This document shows, piece by piece, positions 8,120 through 14,960 of a DNA stretch of 14,960 nucleotides. Numbering within the stretch: position 1 is the first letter of the stretch; each line of letters starts with the position of its first letter. The position numbers and the translations under genes were made by a program. Origin of the DNA: Vitrella brassicaformis CCMP3155 (taxonomy: Eukaryota; Protista; Chromerida); contig CDMY01000860.1 in NCBI GenBank assembly GCA_001179505.1, positions 1 to 14,960 of the forward strand, written 5' to 3'. A model generated the notes under the pieces. The model had not been told where the DNA came from. It did not search any database and worked only from the letters and a program-made list of their open reading frames with translations.

Positions 8120-8600
8120 GTCGATGCGGGTGTCATTGCAAAGGATGGTGACTCGGCTTGCCCGAAGGCGCAGTTTGAGGCGGCGTGGGCGCTGGCCAAC
8201 ATTTTGTCGGCAAATCGGAGCAGACGCCCGTCGTCGAGGCTGGCGCCATCCCGCCTCTCCTACAGCTGCTGTCGTCACCTGACGATGATGTTCGGTACCA
8301 GGCCAAACATCGCGGGAGATGGACAAGGTCCCCGGGCGGCGTGCATCCACTAATCAGCCACCGGCGCGAGAGCACGGAAGAGGCGATCGTGAGCACCGCA
8401 ACCTGACGCTATCCAACCTCTGCCAGTGGGTGTCGCTGTCGGTGCCAGTGGTGGCAGAGCTCATCAAGACGCCTGAACAAGACGCTGCGGTGCTGATTGA
8501 CGTGTGCTGGGCGGTGGTGCATGTTGGGATACCGTGTGGCTGCGCCACAGTGCTGATTTCGGTGCTGCGGCGGTTGGCTCATGGGCAGCCGTCAGTGCGT
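8120..8600 (+). pseudogene. Degenerate, intronless importin-alpha (karyopherin-alpha) ARM-repeat fragment
   Basis: Importin-alpha motifs appear in the expected order but hop frames: VDAGVI..QFEAAWALANI (8120-8203); shift; GKSEQTPVVEAGAIPPLLQLLSSPDDDVRYQA (to 8304); shift with the VWALG segment lost; NIAGD (8306); shift; GGVHPLI..EEAIVSTAT; TG(G) shift at ~8405; TLSNLC..VPVVAELI..VLIDVCWA. At least four frame disruptions plus internal deletions. Confidence 0.85.
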
Positions 8601-8881
8601 CGGAAGAGAAAAAGGAATTATGGCTTGGCGCTAGAAAGGCTGAAGTTCCGCAGGCGATAGGTACATGATAGACGATGGTCTGCGTGTGTGGTTTGTGCCG
8701 GCGCGTTCGTCCGTGAAATGGTATGTCGTTACTTGCAAGTTGGTGTGGCGCGATAGTACTCATCGGCTGCAGTCTACCAACATAAGACGTTTATGGCCGT
8801 CATTGTTCACTTCAGTCTCAGACCGTCACTTTAGTGTCGACCGTTCCTGCCTTGTTCCTCCGTCTTGCGCTGCCCGTCGGT

Positions 8882-8925
8882 GAGGCAGCTGCTGCAAGAG
8901 CTTTCCCCCTTGCAGCAGTCACCTC
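8882..8925. other. Predicted stem-loop: 10-bp perfect stem, 10-nt loop, extendable outer stem
   Basis: ctgctgcaag (8889-8898) pairs with cttgcagcag (8909-8918); outer gagg (8882-8885) pairs with cctc (8922-8925). Function unknown. Confidence 0.55.
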
Positions 8926-9349
8926 TCCACGAGCGGTTATAACACAAGGAGGGCGAGCAAGACGCAGTCGTGTGACCTAACCGTATCTCACTGATGTGTC
9001 TTATCTTAGTGCAATCGACTCGTGCGTGCGTGTGGTGCATGTGGCTGCCTGTTGGTTGTCTCCCTTTCCATCGCTCTATTCACAAGCAAGAATCAATCAA
9101 GGCAGCGCCACACCCGCCCGCCCCTCTCCCTCCCTCTCTATCAAAACCGCACGCACGACACACCCCCACACACGTATACACCCTCCCTCACACGCCCCCT
9201 CTCTTTCCCACCCTCAATCCCACGCGGCATTCCCATGTGTGAACGGGCAGGGCACATCAGGCAAATGGCGAAAAATGCCAGCAGAAGGAGGACAGAAAAG
9301 CGGAAAAGAGCACTGAGTGTGTGTTTAGACAGAGTGTGTGCGTAGGGTG

Positions 9350-12300
9350 GTGACAGCAGATGGATGGATGGATGGACTCTATCGTCGGTAAAACACCCGC
9401 AACAGCTGGAGGACCGCGGCTATGCGGCTATCTAGCTATGGACAGAGCGACGGACAGACAGACAGACAGAAAGGCAGACAGGCAGACAGGCAGGCAGGCA
9501 GGCATGTGCAAAACAAGAGCAGGGGTGGGGTGTCATGTGCCCCTTTGAACTGCGCGTACGGCCATCGGCAAACTCTCACACATGGTCATCATTGGGAAAA
9601 ACAGTCACACCATCGAGAGAAGAACACCAAGAGCCTCAGACGAAGGGGTTTCCCCCTGTCAGCCACCTTTGTCCCTCCCTGCATCATCGACCGCATTGCC
9701 CCCACGCACTGGTGAGTTTCGGCAGAAACCGAACACACCAGAGCGTGACGGCAGTGCGGTGGATGATGCAGGGAGGGACGTCATTGACGAGATCAAGATT
9801 CAATGTTTGTCCAGTACCCCCCACAACGAAATCGGACGATGCACATCCACTCAGCCACACAAACAAACACAATTAACATCATGATGGATGTGCGGGGGAA
9901 AAATCGCCGCAGCGGGCCATATGAGAAAAATGAACGAATGGATGAGCTCGCCTCTGTGTGACATGGTGACGTGACGTGATCTGGCATGCATGGATGCAGT
10001 GTGCTCACTCACGAGTGAGTGTCCTTGTTCGCTCTCGCGCTTTTCTTCCGAGGCAAGAAAAATGGAAATGGTCGATGTGTGTCGCACGCACATTGCTGCG
10101 CCTGTGTGTGCCCACCATTTGGGCACACACAGGCATTGCACACGCCAGCCACGCCCTCACCACGGCATGGAATGGAAGCACCTCCATCCATCCATCCAGA
10201 AAGCATTAAAGAAAAATGTGAGACTGGTGTGTGGTTTGCTTGGGGAGGGAGGGTCAATAGCGGAGGGAGAAGGGTCAAGGGAGAAGGGTCAATAGGGGAG
10301 GGTCAAGGGTCAAGGTTTGTTGCTTCCTGGCCGACGTCAGAGCAGACACACAACCCTCTGCCCCGCCAGCCCTCCCCCACCACCCCCTCCCTCTCTGTTC
10401 TGTCTTTCTCTCTGACAGACAGACAGACAGACACACGTACACATGAAGCAAAAATAGACATGTTTCTCGCTTCTTATGGGAGTAGGTCGTCAGGGGCGCC
10501 CTGCCCCCGACCAGACTCGCAGGCACCGCACACACACAGCACGCACAGGCACAAACACATGCATAGACACGACGAAAGGGGGCTTCACGAATACACAAAA
10601 CAGAAACGGCCAAGGTATGCACACAAACACGCAGGGGAGCAGGCAAGCAGGCAGACACACAGACAGGCAGACACACAGACAGGCAGACAGGCAGGCAGGC
10701 AGGCACACAATCGCGAACACTCGCGCATTGTGTTGAAAAAGTGTCAAGGACACCTCAGGCGTTCGTCCCTCTCTTTGTGGGCTCTGGCAAAACTAGGCAG
10801 CCAGGCAGACAGGACAGGCAGGCATCCATCCATCCATCTATCCGTCGCGTAAACCACCAGCAGCCAGCCGTGAAGTGGAAATAAGCAAGAGCGGGCACAT
10901 ACACATGCCGCCGCAAAAATCCAACGACCAGCAGCGGAGAGTCGGGGGTGTAGAGGAGACATTGCAGTCAGTGGAGTGGAGAGTATCACCGCCTACCACA
11001 CGTGAATGCAGTGCGTCGTGTGCAATGGCTTTGTGTGGGTGGATGGATGGATGGATGTGGGTGTGAACAAAGTGGTGGGCATCGACGTGATGGAGAGAAA
11101 TAGCGGTGGAGGGAAAGGTGAGATGGATGCGGCGCCGAAACGGCAGGCAATTGGACACAACAGGCAGGCAGGCAGGCATCAAAATCCCTATCGAGGACAC
11201 TTAAACACCGATGATGCACGCAGGACCAGACAGACAGACAGACAGGCAGGCAGATTGACAGACAGGCGAGCAACCAAGACAAGAGTATCATCTCGCGTCA
11301 GAGGTCGGCAAACGACACGCAGTATGCAATCCACCGAAATGCAAAACTGCACGAGGTGAGGTGAGGTGAGGTCACTTCTGCTCTCTGCACACACACACAC
11401 ACACACACACCTCCTGTACTTACTCTCTCTACACACACACGCACCCCATGCCAACACCCCACAGACACACACATACACAACCAACCAACCAATCAACCGA
11501 CCAATCAATCACGCCCTGCCCCCTCTCGCTCCGCTCCCTCTCGCTCGCACTCCTTCCTGTAAAAAGCCGCTGTCACTTCCCTCCCATCCTCTCTCTCTGT
11601 CTGTGTTTTGTACATATCTACCCATACAAACAGACAACGAGCCAGACAGACAGATAGACAGGCAGACAGCCGTGACGTTAAAAAGACGGGAGGCGCTCTC
11701 GGACAGACAGACACGTAAAACTACTCACCCACCCCACACTCGCGCGTCGGCCAGCCAGCCATACGAAACACAGCAGCCATTCTGCGTGTCCTTCGAGCGA
11801 TCCTTCATCAAAAACTCCATCCATCCATCCATCCACTGGCATCCGCCCGCCCAAACTCCCAAAGGCCCGCTCGCCGCCTGCACGTCCGAAGCAGACAGAA
11901 ATTCACACATACATACATACCAGGAAGGCATCGTCGAATTGGTGGCTTGCTCTGTGATGTTTGTGCAGCGCGACAACCGTTGCGCTGCACTCCCACACAC
12001 ACACACGCACGCTCACACGCGCATCGGTCTACGGAGAGAATGTACAATTACAAACAAACGGGCAGCCAGGCTCCCTCAGACGTACAGAGCAATCAGCCAG
12101 TCAGTCAGGTTGGTATACACGGCCCCCTCGCACACACGAGTGTGTCCGTCTCCCTCGCAGCAGCCAGCCGGAGTACAAAGTTTACAGACAAATGCAGCCA
12201 GCAGCAAGGATCGGATCACCGGCACGCATCATTCACAGAAACAGAAACAAACAGACAGACAGCAAAACACCACCGAACATCCATCAAAATGAATGAAAAA

Positions 12301-12570
12301 GCCGGCACCATATTATTATCACACCACACCATTTCACCCCGCCCTCACAGCAGCCACCCCACCCCACCAAGGCACCCACCCCCACCGTGACAGCCAGCCG
12401 CCCGATCTTGCCGAAAGGCACTCTACCCCACTACACACCCCCATCCCTCCCCTCCCCTCTTCTCCCCTCTCTCTTTCTCTCCCTCGCTGTGTACACACAC
12501 AAACATGGTCACCCGGTCGCACATGGCAAAAATCCAGCTACCTCTCTCTCTCTCTCTCTCTCTCTGTCCC
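9350..12570. repeat. Non-coding spacer rich in microsatellites: (GACA)n, (GGCA)n, (CA)n, (GGAT)n/(CATC)n, (CT)n, (GAGGT)n
   Basis: Examples: GACA/GGCA 9454-9500, 10413-10435, 10640-10705, 11228-11265; CA 11387-11410; GAGGT 11354-11372; CT 12541-12564. No recognisable protein motif in any frame. Confidence 0.8.
10242..10313 (+). repeat. G-rich degenerate tandem array with five GGGTCAA units; G-quadruplex potential
   Basis: GGGTCAA starts at 10251, 10272, 10286, 10300 and 10307. A perfect 14-bp tandem duplication gggagaagggtcaa lies at 10265-10278 and 10279-10292. About ten runs of three or more G in 72 bp. Confidence 0.8.
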
Positions 12571-12609
12571 CCTCTCTCTTTGAACCAACGAAGTCATTCA
12601 CCGATTGAT

Positions 12610-14535
12610 TCAGCCGTCTGCCAGCAATGGCGACCGCCAGACGCTGCTGCCCCTGTTGTCCATGAGTGGCGACATGAGCGGGCTGACGCCCCTCTGCGGG
12701 AAGAGAGAGTAGGTGGGGCTGTCGCGCGAGGGACACGGGAGACTGATCGAGATGGACCGCTCGATGGGCCCCTCAGGCAGTGTGCTTGACGTGTCCGAAC
12801 GACCCAGCCCAGCACTGAGATGCCACCACACAACACAAACACACCGACGACGTGCATTTCTAAAGCCCTCCTAGATGTGAATATTGGCCTTACCTCTCCC
12901 CCGTCTGTATTTTGTCCAGCAGCGACTTGCCCCCTCCCTCCGTCCCCCCGGTGCCGCCAATGTCGCCCCCGCTGCTGGTGGTGCTGCCGTTGGGCGTCTG
13001 TGTGTGGATGGGCAACTGCTCGATGGACGGCGACATGCCCGATGTGGTGGAGGTGGTCGTCATGGTGGGCGAGCAGTCCACATACGGCGGGGGACGCTTG
13101 TTGCTGGCAAGGGGGTGGCGCGACGGCGGCAACACGGCACTGATAATGCAAGACAAGACGATTGCTGGACGAGGGGGTCCCTCCATGTGTGAGTGTGTGT
13201 CGGTGTGGACTGACCTTGGCAGCAGCAGGGGGGAGGTCTTCCCCTGTGTCTGGGTGTCGTTGTCCCCCTCGCCGTTCTCGAATATCTGCCGTATCGCATG
13301 CGGCACGTTCTGGCGACCCACACCATCGTCCGCCATCATGGCCCCCGCGTCGCCCCCACTCATCGACCGCTCTATCACGTCAGACAGATCCGACTCGTGA
13401 CCCAGCGTCAGAGAAGACATACCGCTGCTAAAGACGAGGGAAAAGGAGAGGACATGTGAATCCATCCATCCATCCATCCGTGTGTGGACGTACTCTGGTG
13501 GGTGTGGCGGGGGCGGGGGCTGGCGGTCAAACACGCCATGGCCGACCTTCTTGCTGCCGTAGCCGAACGCACTGTACTGGTCATGGTGGTCTGGTGGCGG
13601 GGGAGGGGGCGGAGGTGGGGGGGGAGGGGGGGCCACGCTATTGTTGTTGTTGTCCATGTAGATCTGCTCGGCCGCCGCTGCTGCTACCGTGAAGGGGGTA
13701 GACGATAGCTTGCCCGGGCGAGGTAGCCTGAGGAAGAAGCCGGGAGGAGTAGGTTTTTGTGGGTGTAGGCGTATGGGCGGCTGTGTTGTGTCTTACAGCT
13801 TTTTCGGCCTGAGTTGGTCGACGCCATGCGCGTGTCTGCATGCAAGGCCCTGGCAGCAGTGGCCACGCTTCCAGAACACCTGCCAGATACACACGCATCC
13901 CCATGCAATACATCCACAGGCGTATGTCGATCGTTGATGAGCCGCGCGCAGCGCGTCTGTCTGTCTGTCTGTCATGTGTGTGTGTGTGTGACCGCCCTTA
14001 CGCATAGAGATGTCTTGTAGAAGTCATCAGTATAGCGAAGGTCCTCGATACCATGGGCAAACCGACAGTCGTGGTCCTGGCACTGGCCGCGCATGTACAG
14101 GTCGCACAGCTTGGTCTGCATCCACCATCCATCAGACACGTACACATGGTCGACGGATGAATATGGGTGGGTGCTGCGTCGTTGTGTCATCCTCTGACCT
14201 TCCGCAGATCGGGCTTGAAGCGCAGTTCACTCTGCCCATGAGCCTGACCACACACACACACGCGTGCACACACTCGCAGCAATCAGACCAGCTGCATGAT
14301 GCCCCTCCCCTCTCTCTCCTGCGTGTGTGCTCACGAATTGACAGTGGCGGGCCTTGAGGCACTTCTTGCCCGCCAACCAATACCTGACACAAACCATTGA
14401 GGCGCCAGCCACCGCATACAACGGACATGGATCCCATCAGCAGCCACCCAACACCATTGCAGCCTCTCACTTGCAGAGAGATGTCTTGTGGTACTGGGAC
14501 ACTTCCCTGACTTCCCTGGCCTGCAGCGTCATCAT
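12610..14535 (-). CDS. Triple CCCH zinc-finger RNA-binding protein with a long Pro/Ser-rich disordered C-terminus, about 417 aa, 9 coding exons
   Basis: Exons (minus): 14535-14471, 14383-14335, 14243-14199, 14115-14002, 13879-13797, 13727-13494, 13427-13215, 13139-12894, 12814-12610 (1254 nt, in frame). Spliced fingers: YHKTSLCKYWLAGKKCLKARHCQFAHG (C-x8-C-x5-C-x3-H), LRKTKLCDLYMRGQCQDHDCRFAHG (C-x7-C-x4-C-x3-H), FYKTSLCVFWKRGHCCQGLACRHAHG (C-x7-C-x5-C-x3-H), each with a KTxLC lead-in. The start codon is uncertain. Confidence 0.92.
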
Positions 14536-14856
14536 GCTACCGACACGCGCCTTCGCCCTGCACACAAACCAAGCACACGCAGAGAAGATGTCGCGGGGCC
14601 GCTGACGCATGTGGCGAAAACGGTGGCTTACGAGGTGGCAGGTGAGTCGGGCTTCCTCTTGGCAGCTCCCCCTCGACGCCAGCGACGCCACCCCGTCAGC
14701 TAAGGGTCCTCAAATGAGGCGCTTCTGTTCTGCATGGCACACACAACGAACACGGAGCCCAACAGCCGTCTGAGTTTCACGCAGGATGGTCCTCATATAT
14801 CATGCACCTGGGCCGGAGGGGAGGGGAGGCAGAAAAATTGAGCTCGCATGATTCTC

Positions 14857-14960
14857 GGCGTGCACTGGGGGTGTCTGCGGGTCGGCCACCTGCCGCCCCT
14901 CTCCGCCCTGGAGAGGGCGGCGGTGCGCTCTCATGCACCCCCAGCACTCCGTGCGTGGTT
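14857..14960 (-). repeat. Right copy of the 104-bp inverted repeat (partner 7740-7843); cut by the window edge, so it may be longer
   Basis: Reverse complement matches 7740-7843 at 103/104 positions. Similarity stops abruptly at 14857 on the inner side and continues to the last base of the window. Confidence 0.95.

Noticed and set aside
7766-8353. 195-aa ORF as an intact importin-alpha gene
   Set aside because: Only two short stretches of this frame match importin-alpha; the remaining motifs are in the other frames, so it is a pseudogene unless the indels are sequencing errors.
7733-8944. Direct repeat ttataaca at 7733-7740 and 8937-8944 as a possible TSD around the importin remnant
   Set aside because: Only 8 bp. 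The enclosed ends show no TIR or poly(A), and the true outer boundary of the 104-bp repeat is unknown because its partner is cut by the window edge. Worth rechecking with flanking sequence.
10019-10852. 277-aa plus-strand ORF and other ORFs of 9000-12600
   Set aside because: Composition (QTDRQ, HTHT, GRQAG, MDGW) is translated microsatellite; no domain motifs or convincing exon chain.
1-14960. CRISPR arrays, tRNA/rRNA genes, prokaryotic operons or defence systems
   Set aside because: No regularly spaced repeat-spacer array or recognisable structural-RNA signature; the sequence is spliceosomal-intron-containing eukaryotic DNA.

Overview
Intron-dense, GC-rich eukaryotic DNA with short GT-AG introns full of CA/GT, GACA/GTCT and GGAT microsatellites. 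The style suggests a chromerid alveolate such as Vitrella; this is an inference, not a database match. Most entries in the ORF track are antisense or microsatellite artefacts, so gene models were spliced by hand. Left to right: (1) a 5'-truncated CRE-like non-LTR retrotransposon RT on the minus strand, stop-free to the window edge and missed by the ORF track; (2) a 17-exon plus-strand gene for a single-RRM nucleolin/Nsr1/Gar2-like protein; (3) a convergent 16-exon minus-strand gene for a nucleoplasmin-like + acidic/basic + FKBP protein (FKBP53/Fpr4 architecture); (4) an intronless, repeatedly frameshifted importin-alpha remnant; (5) about 4 kb of non-coding, microsatellite-rich spacer containing a G-rich GGGTCAA array; (6) a 9-exon minus-strand triple-CCCH zinc-finger gene. 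The most striking unexplained structure is a self-folding 104-bp sequence present twice in inverted orientation (7740-7843 and 14857-14960, 103/104 identical). The pair brackets the importin remnant and the whole CCCH gene, like the long TIRs of a gene-capturing transposon. No clearly new system is proven.
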